NCBI RefSeq assembly: GCF_006345805.1
Contig: NC_042997.1
Coordinates: forward strand, 196,664,001-196,728,000
Direction: 5' to 3'
Origin: Octopus sinensis
Lineage: Eukaryota
DNA length: 64,000 nucleotides
In this document: positions 41,621 to 54,344 of the stretch, piece after piece
Numbering within the stretch: the first letter of the stretch is position 1
Layout of the letters: the number at the start of each line of letters is the position of its first letter
Notes under the pieces: model-generated
Databases searched by the model: none
Told to the model about the DNA's origin: nothing
The model's input: only the letters and a program-made list of their open reading frames with translations
Program-made: the position numbers and the translations under genes

Positions 41621-42023
41621 TTTATTCTTTTCTACACTAGGCACAAGGCCCGAAATTCGGGGGGAGGGGGCCAGTCGATTAGATCGACTCCAGTACGCAA
41701 TTGGTACTTAATTTTTCAACCCCGAAAGGATGAAAGGCAAAGTCGAGCGCGGCGAAATTTGAACTCAGAACGTAAAAAACAGAATAAATACCTATTTCTT
41801 TACTACCCACAAGAGGCTAAACATAGAGGAGACAAACAAGGACAGGTAAACGGATTAAGCCGATTATATCGACCCCAGTGCGTAAGTGGTACTTAATTTA
41901 TCGACCCCGAAAGGATGAAAGACAAAGTCGACCTCGGCGGAATTTGAACTCAGAACGTAGCGGCAGACAAAATACCGCTAAGCATTTCGCCCGGCGTACT
42001 GACGTTTCTGCCAGCTTGCCACC
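41621..42023 (-). mobile_element. M-family SINE dimer (junction 41792/41793)
   Basis: Minus strand gtaaagaaata|ggtattt; second unit ends in the ggccttgtgcctagtgtagaaaagaat tail. Confidence 0.9.
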
Positions 42024-42849
42024 ATAGAGAGAACATTTATTGCGAATTAATGCGGAACTTACAGCTCTTGTGCCTTGACCATGAATTCATATTTGTACCT
42101 ATCATCATAGGTGTATTGGGTTATGTACCTGAGAAAAAGAACTAGAAATACTCGGTTGCATGGAGAAAGAGCAAAAAATAACTGACACGGATTCTTTAAA
42201 TCCAATCTATTTATGACATTGCGAAGATTTCTAAGACATCCGAAAGTTTCTACTTCTGAGATTCTTCAGGTGAATAGATGCACACACTTAGGTATGTGCA
42301 TGGACAGCCCAAGCAACATCTCGACTCAACCACATAGTTATAGTCACTAGGAACTCTCTTAACTCTCAAAGTCTTGTTACTTTGTTTAGCGACTTGAACG
42401 CTTTTAAGAAATTTAAAAAAAGAAAACTCAAAGAAAAATCTTACATACATAGTCATCACTTACAACTGAATACGAATTGGCAGCATATACCATGTGTTCG
42501 CTAATTGCTTTAAGTGTGTATGTAGTCGCGAACCTATGCTGACACCAACATGTCCTCACTCAAGGCCTCGAGGTACATCCAGGATGTGGCAGCTGGCGGG
42601 AGAGGGATATACACCAGCACTCCATTTCTACTCATTTGCAGCCGAACAACAGAGTTACTTGAAATGAAGTGCTAGTCCGATCCAAGAATCGAACTCAACC
42701 CAAAACCCTTAACTCTAGGCAAAGTACCTTCACATAGTAGTCATTCAGATATAGAGACATAAATGCATACATATATAAATGTTTACTTAAATACATACAT
42801 ACATGCATATGTGCATACATACATAAGTTTATATACGCATGTCTAGATT

Positions 42850-43081
42850 AAGGCGGCGAGCTGGCAGAAACGTTAGCACACCGGGTGAAATGCGTAGCAG
42901 TATTTCGTCTGCCGTTACGTTCTGAGCTCAAATTCCGCCGAGGTTGACTTTGCCTTTCATCCTTTCGGGGTCGATAAATTAACTACCAGTTACGCACTGG
43001 GGTCGATATAATCGACTTAATCCGTTTGTCTGTCCTTGTTTGTCCCCTCTGTGTTTAGCCCCTTGTGGGTAGTAAAGAAAT
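42850..43081 (+). mobile_element. M-family SINE, full length, ~18-bp TSD
   Basis: tatatacgcatgtctaga (42830-47) before and tatatatgcatgtctaga (43085-102) after. Confidence 0.93.
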
Positions 43082-45071
43082 ATATATATATGCATGTCTA
43101 GACATGCAACTATATGGATAAGAATACACATATGAAACAAAGCATGCAAATCTGCACATGCACCAAATCCTAACACTGCACACATACACACATACATGCA
43201 CAAATACCCTGTTGATGTTGAAATTCCACTGAGAGAGCCTTGGATCTTGGTTTGAAACCGGCTCTTTCTTTTAATATATACATACATACATACATACAGA
43301 TTGCTGACAATGCAGTTTGAAGGCACAATTATCCTTTTATCTATATCATATATTCATATGATAATGTGATTTACTTGAGCAAACCAGCAGAAAGAATATT
43401 TTATGAAAGCATTTTGGTATTACACTCGAAGCTGGAGAGCGCAGGTGAGTTTAGAATGTGAGAAAGAGAATGGGTGAGAGAGATGATAACATAGAACGAG
43501 CCACATCCATAAACAACTAAGAAAAAAAAAGGGGACATTTTTTAATATTGATTGGGCATCTACCTGAACGAAACGTGAAAAGCATTTACCGTGATGTGAT
43601 ATTCTTTAGTTAATGATATATATGTGTGACTATTTACATGGCAGTAATGATATAGACGTAGATTCAATGGATGATAATGACATAGAGATCATTAGAAATA
43701 ATAATTCATGTCCTGATTGTGGAGAAAAGACAGCGAAAGGAAAGGATGTATTGAGAATTACTAAAACACTAATGGCGTCTTGTAGTTTTAGATAAAAGCG
43801 TTCATTTTAGATGGAGTTGTGTGTGGAACCGTCGATGTCTTTTTGGAAACGGTTGACTTCATGAATGGAAATAGTACAAGTAACCGCAATTTATGCAATC
43901 TAATTAGATTTCAACGATTCCATTTTTCTCTGAGAGAAATTAGATGCATTCCATTACATCTGGATGTATTTTTATGTCACGTCCAAGTGGTTAATAATAT
44001 ATCCTTTCTTATGTAAAATATTCATATATATTTATTACCTATCTACAAAAATATCTTACACGTCATTCTAATTTGGAGCAAAAGAAAACAAACCATGTTT
44101 CGAAGAAAGAAAAAATAAATGCTTTCTTCGTATTCTGTTGTCAAAATGTACACGCAAACACAAATATGATACACAGAAACACATATACGTTCATGCATAC
44201 TTACAGATGAATATATAGACACATATAGACATACACAGACTTTCTGAAACTCACTGATGTGATATATTTTGCATTTGTGTTACTGTGAAGGTATGTGTGT
44301 GTATGTATGAGTGTAAGTCGGTACTTATGAGTATATTCGTGTTCCATTTTCGGTGCATTTGTTCGTTGATGTGTGTGCGTGAGATACATGACGATAACAT
44401 TTTTTAATGAAAAGATGTACGTCAGCAAATTCATAGTTTCCCAGTTATTCCATGACAATATCCCACATTTAGCCCTAAACCAATCCTAAGAGGAAAAAGC
44501 AATTTTGTAAATGTATGCTTTATATACAGATATTCAGTTCAAGAAGGAGAGACATTCAATTCAAAGAAGGAGAGAAATTTCTTTCTTTCTTCATTTTCCC
44601 CTCTAAATCGAAGAAACTATTTCTTTATTCTGCTGCTTTTCATCTTTTTTAAACACGGAAAAATAAAGTGTATGTCACGTGATTTACATTAAGTAAAGCC
44701 AAACCTTGTTGCCTTTTGTGTTTTGTTCTGCGTCGTACTATTTTAAAAATTGTTTCCATATAATATAGTTTTTCAAATAAATATATAAAAGTTTTTTTTA
44801 TCTACGATTTATAAATTCATGAACTATATAGAATACATATTCCTACACAGGCACAGACACAAAACTCACTCACAGAGAACCTCCTCATCATACACATTTA
44901 TTTTTATATCATATTTCTATATGCCTATACACCAATGCACCTATTTATCTATCTATATCTTTATACAGATAGATATTTTTTCTCTAAAATGTTTCACTAA
45001 AACCATGCACAAGCTCCCCACGCACCTATCCGAACACACATATACGTCTATGAAAGTAGTTATGCATACAT

Positions 45072-45117
<46 letters not shown>

Positions 45118-45134
45118 CATATACAGATATAAAC

Positions 45135-45335
45135 AAGTACTTTTATAAATCTATACTCTCCATATATATGTATGTATGTATAAATATACATACATACATA
45201 CACAAATAAGTACTTTTATAAATCTATACTCTCCATATATATGTATGTATGTATAAATATACATACATACATACACAAATAAGTACTTTTATAAATCTAT
45301 ACTCTCCATATATATGTATGTATGTATAAATATAT
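45135..45335. repeat. 73-bp tandem repeat x~2.75
   Basis: aagtacttttataaatctatactctccatat starts at 45135, 45208 and 45281. Confidence 0.93.
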
Positions 45336-46109
45336 ATACATTTATACACATAAGTATATATATATATATACATACACACATAAACTAATAGTAAAGCACC
45401 ATTTAAAATAATATACGTATATATTATATCGGATAAAGAGTTAAACAAGTCTAAATGTTAAAAGTACTTGAAAATACACTTAAATTTGTATGAATGATAT
45501 GACAATATACAATAAAGATAAATATGGTTAGAGGTTATGCACCCATATAAAGGAGACACACACACACACACAACACTTAGAGATATGTTTAAAAATACAA
45601 TTTAAATTCAGCGTTTGAGTAGCTATAATTCTTCAGAATGTAAACTATACAGTTTTGTAAAGTCTTTCATATTATTTTATCAAGAACGTTATTCTTATAA
45701 TTGGATCTAAAATAATATTTTGAGACAGTAAACAGTGGCTTGTGTTGTCAAACAATTTCAATGCGGAATAATTAGCTTGCTGAGATGATGACTTGAGGAA
45801 ACGTCTTGGGTAACATCATAAATAATAATCGCATGATCCCCAATCTTGAAACTACAGGAGTTTAATATATAAAACCAAGGTATTTACATCTATCTATGCA
45901 TATTTTGTCTAACAATCTACAGGTATGTTTTATAGTATAGCATCACTTTTTTTTTACTTAATGCGGTCATTGGACAGCGGCCATGCTCGGACACTGCCTA
46001 AACCAGTTTTATTACTATTAAACTAGAACGGTACTAATATTTTAAAGCTTGATACTTATCTCTCTCTCTCTTTTGCCGAATGCTGTTTTGGCATATATGT
46101 ATATACATA

Positions 46110-46385
46110 GGCGTAGGGGTGGCTGTGTGGTAAGTAGCTTGCTTACCAACCACATGGTTCCGAGTTTCAGTCCCACTGCGTGGCACCTTGGGCAAGTGTC
46201 TTCTACTATAGCTTCGGGTCGACCAAAGCCTTTTGAGTGGATTTGGTAGACGGAAACTGAAATAAGCCCGTCGTATATATCTATATATATGTATGTGTAT
46301 GTATATGTTTATGTGTCTGTGTTTGTCCTCCCAACATCGCTTGACAACCGATGGAGGTGTGTTTACGTCTCCGTAACTTAGCGTA
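46110..46385 (+). mobile_element. V-family SINE lacking its tail
   Basis: gtaggggtggctgtgtggtaagtagc..gtgtttacgtctccgtaacttagcg. Confidence 0.9.
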
Positions 46386-46567
46386 ACAAAGGACCTGAAT
46401 AAATGCATGCTGCACTGGACGATGGAACAAGCACTTTTACAGTATCCCATGTGGAAGGGACCGATGCAAGATAGGTCGAAACGATCATTGTGATGAACAA
46501 AGATTCCTGTGAGCTCCATTTTCCGTTTCCCTCCTTCATTACACAAACACACATACATATATACAAC

Positions 46568-46612
<45 letters not shown>

Positions 46613-46626
46613 CAACTATGTGTATG

Positions 46627-46667
<41 letters not shown>

Positions 46668-46893
46668 ATCTCTCTGTATAAATAGATACATATATATACA
46701 CACTCACATATATATACAACTATGTGTATATATATACAACACACACATATAAAACTATGTGTACATATATATACATCCATCTCTCTGTATAAATAGATAC
46801 ATATATATATATATATATATATACACTCACACACACGAATACATTTTATTTGTATATGTATTTCATGTATCCATGTGCTTGCAATATTCATAT

Positions 46894-46938
<45 letters not shown>

Positions 46939-47475
46939 GTTATATATGTGTGCGTGTGTGTATATGTGTGTGGCTGTGTGTGGCTGTGTGTGTGTTGTGT
47001 TTATCTCGGTGTGTGTGTATGTGTATATATGATTACACGATAGATTAAAGAATGGGATTTTTTTCAAAGGCATTACACTCATTTTTGGTTAGGGACACTA
47101 TCTATTCTCAATAAATGATGCATGGAAACCTGATACATTTTCTGTTCATGCAACCGTTCATCCATCAAACCCACAAAGAGAGGGAGATGCGTTAACTATT
47201 GCTTTCTGTTAGTTTCTCAGTCTCTCTCTCACTCTCTCTCCCTTTCATTCCCTCTCAAATAATATACAACGCTTGCGCCTGCGCATGTTATGTACTTCGC
47301 TGATAAATACACACATATATGTGTGCATATCTATATATGTATATATTTGTTTGCATGTATATGTATATTTACACACACACACACACACAACACACACATA
47401 TATATTTAAATATACATACATACATATTTATATATATATACACACATATAGACATACATATAGACATACATACAA

Positions 47476-47510
<35 letters not shown>

Positions 47511-47542
47511 CACGTATATAGGCATGCATACAAATACATATA

Positions 47543-47740
47543 TTCATCAGGTGTCCTGGGGAAATTTCGAACCTGGGTTCTCATTCCTAAGATATTTTCC
47601 CGATGTTATTATTATTATGGTCAATGCTGGGAATCGGACTCGAAATCTTGGGATTAGTAGCCCGCGCTCCTAACCACTACGCCACGGGCATATGGCGTAG
47701 TGGTTAAGAGCGCGGGTTACTAACCCCAAGATTCCGAGTT

Positions 47741-47774
<34 letters not shown>

Positions 47775-47915
47775 GCGGAAAAATACCTTACGAATGAGAA
47801 CCCAGGTTCGAAATTTTCCCCAGGATACCCGATGAAGGCTGGAAAGTATATCAGCTGGAACGTTGCGTAAACAACAAACAAAATGAGGACAAATATCTGT
47901 CAAATGTAAATAATG
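47543..47915. mobile_element. Head-to-head palindrome of a tRNA-headed SINE with a PLE-type hammerhead tail (arms 47543-47684 and 47693-47836)
   Basis: tggcgtagtggttaagagcgcggg.tactaaccccaagatt.cgagt head on both strands; tail gaatgagaacccaggttcgaaattt.ccccaggacacctgatgaa; right arm continues ggctg..cagct ggaacgtt. Confidence 0.85.
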
Positions 47916-48064
47916 TATATAAATTTAGATGCATCAAACTTCTAACCTAAATCCTAAAAACCAACCAAGGGAATCAAAAGCAGCGAGCCTGAATTGGATA
48001 CTACCCGTTTGCAAAGCGAGCTTTTTGATCACAAAGCCATATTATATAACTTTGGCGATTTATA

Positions 48065-48290
48065 AGTCTCTTAATCCCTTTGGGTTAGTCGTGGCGTTGC
48101 AGTCATTCAGCGTACCTAGGGCGGTGCCCATCCCCTCTCCAGGATTAACTCATTTCTACAACTGAGTGGACTGGATCAACGCGAAGTGAAGTGTTTTGCT
48201 GAGAAACACAACGCATCGCCCGACCCAGGAATCGAAACCGCAATCGTACGATCGCGAGTCCAACACCCTAACCACTGAGCCAAGCGCTTC
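48065..48290 (-). mobile_element. C-head (CORE-like) SINE
   Basis: Minus gaagcgcttggctcagtggttagggtgttggactcgcgatcg..ggtttcgattcctggg..caaaacacttcacttcgcgttgatccagtccactcag. Confidence 0.85.
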
Positions 48291-48740
48291 TACATATAAA
48301 ATAATACATATTATAGGTGTATTACTTTAATAAACATACTACCTTTTATATTACATTATAATCTATGTTGAAGTCAGATATTTTCAAACATGAATACAAT
48401 TATAAGAATCTCACGAACAATTACGTAAGCAATTTTCAAAGTTCAACAAAGGAATATTTTAATATTTCAACTCTCTCAACTCCAAATAACTTACTTTATT
48501 TCCAAAATCTTCATATATTAGGACAGACTGAAGTTGAATAAATACTGTTTCTTGCAGTTATTTTATTTCTTCCTAAATCTGTTCTAATCCCATGTATATC
48601 TCGTTTCATCTTTGATCCCTGCTTACACTAATCCTTACTGTGTGCTTTCTAAGCATCATGATCACCATCATCATCATCAGCGTCATTATTATTATTATTA
48701 TTATTATTGTTGTTATTATTATTATGCATATAATAATGAC

Positions 48741-48950
48741 TAGGCAAGCTGACAGAATCGTTAGAGCGTCAGGTAAATGTTTTCCGGCATTGGTTGCGGC
48801 TTCTTATTTTCTGGGTTCAAGCCCCACTGAGGTCAACTTTGCTTTTCACCTTCTCGAGGTTCATGAAATAAAGCATAAGTTAAGTTCTGGGGCCATTGAT
48901 ATCGACTTAGCTCCTTGCCTAAATGTTGCTATCTTTGTGGCCTCAATATA
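48741..48950 (+). mobile_element. Old M-family SINE
   Basis: gcaagctgacagaatcgttag..gggttcaagccccactgaggtcaactttgcttttcacc. Confidence 0.7.
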
Positions 48951-48961
48951 ATGATAGTAAT

Positions 48962-49655
48962 AACTTCTTTTATTAGCCACAGGGGCATGAATGAGGGTGA
49001 TATCACAAGGACAGATAACAATTTGTGTGGGGATTTAAATAAAAGATGAGGAGAAAGAAATAGGAAAGATGGTGGGATGCGATAAAACTATAAGAGTATA
49101 CTAAGTATGAGATAGTATGAATGATGCAGTCCTCCTGATACAGGAAAAAAGAACTCTAACTAGGACCAATCAAAGAATACCACAGATCCAATCTTGCTCC
49201 GACCACCAAAGGCACGAGCAGTCTCCCAACTGTTCTTCAGCAATCTGCCAGCACATGCTAAGTGTGGGGCCATTTTTGCCAAAGTCGTCTTTTCACAAAT
49301 TCACTGGGAGGTAACACTTCCAGTTTTACCCCCATTTTCCTCTGCAATTGGAACTCGAAAGGCTTGACCCAAGAGGAAAGTGTCTTCTCTCAATCCTTTC
49401 GTCTTAGTCCACCACACAACTTCTTTCGCCATAGCGACTGGGGAACAACACCTGCCCTGCCTTGTTAACGGTAGTGGAGCGATCCTTACAATGGGTTAGG
49501 CCGGTATTCGGATTCGTCCCAAGCGCGATAACACCTGTTTGACATAACCCCATAAATCAGCAATGCTCGGACACAGCACGAGGGCATGCAGAATAGTTTC
49601 GTCACTGTGCGCATTTTCGGACAGTCTCACCTGGCGGCACTTTCGTGCCTGCAAA
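48962..49655 (-). mobile_element. Tx1/L1-clade LINE 3' fragment (ORF2 zinc knuckle plus putative 3'UTR)
   Basis: Minus translation with one frameshift and a stop: CPK/C..SDETILHALVLCPSIADLWGYVKQVLSRLGRIR..VAMAKEVVWWTKTKGLREDTFL; pyrimidine-rich tail ends gcccctgtggctaataaaagaag. Confidence 0.75.
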
Positions 49656-49659
49656 GTTT

Positions 49660-49858
49660 AAGGTGAAGAGCTAACAGAATCGTTAGCGCAAAAGGCAAAA
49701 CTCCTATAGGCATTTCGTCCGTTTTCACGTCGCCGTGGTTGACGTTGCCCTTCGTCCCTTTTTGAGATCAATAAAATACATACATACCAGTTGAACACTG
49801 GGGCAGACCTTTAACGATCCCTCATTCTGAAGTTGCTGGCCTTGAGCCATAAATTGAA
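49660..49858 (+). mobile_element. Old M-family SINE
   Basis: gagctaacagaatcgttagcg..ggcatttcgtccg..ggttgacgttgcccttcgtccc..accagttgaacactgggg. Confidence 0.6.
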
Positions 49859-49869
49859 ATCATCATCAT

Positions 49870-50558
49870 CATCATCATTATTTCATACATGCACAACAGA
49901 TTAAACTGTTGGGAAAGAAAAATTCCTAACATCGGGCCACTACAAGTAAATTTAGATGCCAGGAACCTTCCTAATTATCCTAGCTATCCCTAATACTACT
50001 TTTTGGAGCTTTACTAAACTAGGATTCATGCCTATTTCCTCTATGCATCTGTTCAGATCCTTCGTAATAGTTCCTAATGTACCAATGACTCGAGGGATAG
50101 TTTTACTCGGACTTTCCATAGTCTCTGTAACACAATGCCTAGATCCTGGTACTTTGCTATTGTCTCTGTACCTCTCATATTAACATTCTCTTCATTTGGT
50201 ACTATAAAGTCAATTATCTGGCACTTTCTATTCGCTTTACCTACTATTACACAATCAGGCCTTCTAGCTTCTATTATCCTGCCAGTCTCAATCATGAAGT
50301 CCCGCAACATCTTATATTTCTCAATTTTTCGTACTTTTCTAGGTTCATGTTCATACTATTTATCAGTCTCGTAAATCCTAGCATCCTACATAACTCCCAG
50401 GGGATTACTCTCCCTAGATTATCGTGTATTTTCTTGTATTCTTTATGTGCCAGCCTTATTACTATATGAATAACACTATCCTCTCTTGATTTACATAAAC
50501 TACATTAGGAATCTACCTGGCCTTCGTCTACCTTGGTTTTCATCTAATTAGTTGTGAT
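49870..50558 (-). mobile_element. R4/Dong-clade LINE 3' fragment (zinc knuckle, restriction-like endonuclease, 3'UTR), 5' end beside (TAA)n
   Basis: CSLCKSREDSVIHIV..RLAHKEYKKIHDNLGRVIPWELC..MLRDFMIETGRIIEARRPDCVIVGKANRKCQIIDFIVPNEENV..KYQDLGIVLQRLWKV..IGTLGTITKDLNRCIEEIG..GIARIIRKVPGI*. Confidence 0.9.
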
Positions 50559-50793
50559 CTACATTATTATTATTATTATTATCATCCTCTTCCTCCTCCT
50601 CCTCTTCCACCTCCTCATCATCGTCATCACCAGTTTACTGCTGATGTTACTTCTGCGAGCAAGAAAACTTCTAATAATATTGTAAGTGGAATAAGCAATA
50701 AGCGTGTCTTTGCTTTGGTGTATGTATGCTATATGTATGTGCATAAGTGTGTGTATAGACACACACGTATGTATGTATACACAGACACACATT

Positions 50794-50844
<51 letters not shown>

Positions 50845-51266
50845 ATATCTATACATATGTATTATATATATATATATTTATTTATGTCTCCTTCTATGGT
50901 GATATAGTCACGAGAAATATTGGTGTTTGTTTGCTGTCTTGACTGAGAACTGCAAACAAACAACCACCCCGCTTCCTCGTCAGTAACAATAAAGATAATA
51001 ATATTAATAATAAGACGAGAAGAGAATGCTGTTCTTAAAGCCTGTGCAAACAGACATACGTGCGTTTAAATGTCATTTTTGTTCCAGGTAATAAAAGACT
51101 GTTCCATTTTTACAGACATTCTTACGCATTATTTTTTTATTTTCTGTCTCTAAGTTTATTATATTCTGGAGAAAACAATGTCTGCTACTTATAAGAACGA
51201 TGTGTCATTGAAGATAGCGTGAAGTATCTGACGCAGCCAGTTATGTTAGATCGAAGCAAGGAAGAA

Positions 51267-52120
51267 CAAGGTCTGATCAATAAGTATCCGGACTGTTGGA
51301 TACTTATTGACTAAGGAAGCTAAAATACGCAGAGGGAAACCGCTTGGCAAAGATTGACATTGAATTCTGCTGTGCATGCGCCACTAAGTTTTAACGTTCT
51401 AGCTCACTTCCGCTGTTTGCCACAGAGCTTGGAAGGAAGGTGCGTAGCGTATTATCGTCGCATTGATCGTGGGAGAGAAAGTTGAGCAGAGATACGTGCT
51501 CAAAGGTCTACGCGGATTTGCAGAGAGTGTATGGAAAGGAGTGCATGAGCTGCACACATGTGCTCGAGTGGTTCAAACGTTTCCAAAAGGCGGCGAGCTG
51601 GCAGAAACGTTAGCACGCCGGGCGAAATGCGTAGCAGTATTTCGTCTGCCGTTAGGTTCTGAGTTCAAATTCCGCCGAGGTCGACTTTGCTTTTCATCCT
51701 TTCGGGGTCGATTAAATAAGTACCAGTTACGCACCGGGGTCGATGTAATCGACTTAATCCGTTTGTCTGTCCTTGTTTGTCCTCTCTGTATTTAGCCCCT
51801 TGTGGGGAGTAAAGAAATAGGTTCAAACGTTTCCAAGATGGTCCAAAAATGTCGACATTGACGAACGTTCTAGAAACCTGCTACCAGCTGGACTGAAAAA
51901 AACATCGCAAATGTGCGTGCAGCTGTGAGGGGAAATCGTCGAATCACCATCCGTGAGTTATCAGAGAATATGCAGATTAGTTACGGTTCACTTCAGTCCA
52001 TTATCACTGAAGATTTGGGTATGAGACGCATGTCTGCTAAGTTTGTGCTAAAACTATTTCCAGCTGCACAAGAGGTCCTTGATTATGTCGAGGACGATGA
52101 AAACTTTTTTGAAAATGTTT
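51267..52120 (+). mobile_element. Decayed mariner (Tc1/mariner): left TIR and transposase N-terminus
   Basis: TIR-like caaggtctgatcaataagtatccggactg; KVEQRYVLK..VYADLQRVYGKECMSCTHVLEWFKRFQDG..VRAAVRGNRRITIRELSENMQISYGSLQSIITEDLGMRRMSAKFVLKL. Confidence 0.87.
51587..51819 (+). mobile_element. M-family SINE inserted in the mariner, perfect 17-bp TSD
   Basis: ggttcaaacgtttccaa at 51570-51586 and 51820-51836. Confidence 0.96.
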
Positions 52121-52237
52121 GCGTTGGCCACTGAGCAGGGATAACCAAGCTTTTTGGCAAAACGTGGTGCAGATACTCTGCTCAGCTTTCTCTGTGATGT
52201 TCAATGCGGCATGCGGGTCTCTGTCTCGCTATATATG

Positions 52238-52687
52238 AGGTGAGCTGGCAGAATCATTAGCACACCGGGAAAAATACTTATCGGTATTTTGACCGTCCTT
52301 TCGAAACGTTAGCACGCGGGGGGAAATACTTAGCGGTATTTCGTCTGCTGCTACGTTCTGAGTTAAAATTATGCCGAGGTCGACTTTGCCTTTCATCATT
52401 TCGGGGTCGATTAAAGAAGTCCCAGTTACGCACTGGGGTCGATATAATCGACTTAATCCGTTTGTCTATCCTTGTTTGTCCTCTCCGTGTTTAGCCCCAT
52501 GTGGGTAGTAAAGAAATAGGTATTTCGTCTGCCGCTACGTTCTGAGTTCAAATTCCGCCGAGGTCGACTTTTCCTTTCATCTTTTCGGAGTCGATGAATT
52601 AAGTACCAGTTTCGTACTGTGGTCGATGTAATTGACTGGCGCCTTCCCCCAAAATTTCGAGCCGCGTGCCTAAAGTAGAAAAGAATA
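52238..52687 (+). mobile_element. Nested M-family SINEs: host head, inserted unit, host remainder (junction 52518/52519)
   Basis: Head stops after ggtattttgaccgtccttt; near-full unit to aaagaaata; then ggtatttcgtc and the alternate tail. Confidence 0.88.
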
Positions 52688-52809
52688 ACTCATTCAGCTC
52701 TAGTATTGAGTACTCTTACTTTCTTTGAATCTGCACACACTCAGGCGCCTGAACACATTTATATTTGGATATAGAAATCTTTGTGAGTGTGTGTGTGTAT
52801 TGATCTATT

Positions 52810-52842
<33 letters not shown>

Positions 52843-52988
52843 ATATATATATATATTATATATATATATATATGTAACTGTATTTGTGAGATATATATAT
52901 ATATATATATATATTTATATTTAACGGCGGTGTATCAGCATGGCCGCAGCTCTGAGCTGAAACTAGAGAAAAAACTATACGCGCATGT

Positions 52989-53026
<38 letters not shown>

Positions 53027-54344
53027 GCACACACATATGTATTTTGTGAATACGTATATATACACATCCATATACACATATAAATATGCGCATATACATA
53101 CATATAAATATACATATGTACATATCTATATATGTGTACATATATCTGAACACTTGCATACACACATACACACACACGCACTCATATCTATGTTTATACA
53201 TAAGCACACACATACACACATATAAATATACATATATAATTTTGTGTCTACACAACTATCTCCCTTCCAACTAATTGAAACCCCGAAACACTTTTTATAG
53301 CGAAAATTTCTTCTTTAACCGAGTCGTCTTCCCACTTCTCGTTTCTTTAAAGTCATTACCTGATCGTAAATTCAATTTGCAGACTGATTTATTTTTCTCT
53401 TACAACCGTATACCTTCGTTTCCCATGGCTGAAGCTTGAGTTTTCTCCCAAAGTTTATTTATTATTCTTTTTTTGTTATATTTTGTTCTTTTCAAATTTG
53501 TTCTTTAGTTCTTCATTTCAAATTGGTTTAGAAACATGGTAACAATCCCGTTGAAAGTAATTATTGTTGATGTAAAAATACTATGTTTAGCATCGGTAAA
53601 ATTGGATCTTCTCACATCGCCGCTTAGCTGTTTTACTTTGCACTAGCACCAAGGAGGGCTCTTTGGTTGTATATAAAAAAAACGTTACTACACAACAATG
53701 TAATTTACTCTGTTTTAAGATATAATAACCTAAGAAATACCTGCTTAATATGCATCGAGGTGGTTTCAACTCGGTAAAGAAAGGAAAACGGTACAATTAT
53801 TATTTTTTTTTAAGCAGTTTAATCTCCCTGTCTAAGTAGATAACTGTAAAAGTTTGCTAATTATTTGTTTAAAGCTAATAATTAGAATAAAACGCATAGT
53901 AATAATATCGTATATGTCTGGTTCAGTTCTTTTTTTTTACATAGACGAAAACTTGAGAATTTTAGAAGAGAAATATGGAAGTTTTGTTGTTCACAAAACT
54001 TTTTCTGCGGTATTAACTATTGAAATGAAGTGTGGTAGAGCCAAAGGGAAGTTTCAAAGACACACACACATCTGGTGCTTAACTCTGACACACTCAACGA
54101 TAATAACACTGCTACTCGTAGTAACGATATTAATGATAATATTTATTAGTTCACTGTATAGGTGCAAGCATGCATGTATGGTTAACAAGCCCTCTGTAAA
54201 ACGACGTGCCTTGCGTTCGGTTCCACCGCGCAGCACATAGGGCATGAGTTTTCTTTTATAGCCCCAATTCCTGATAAGTGAATTTGGTAAGACCTAACTG
54301 TGTGGAAGACCGTCATATATTTATATTTATATATATATATATAT

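Noticed and set aside
43613-44016. ORF with CPDCG motif and the adjacent ORF
   Set aside because: Only one CxxC, 60-65 aa, no convincing splice sites or recognisable family
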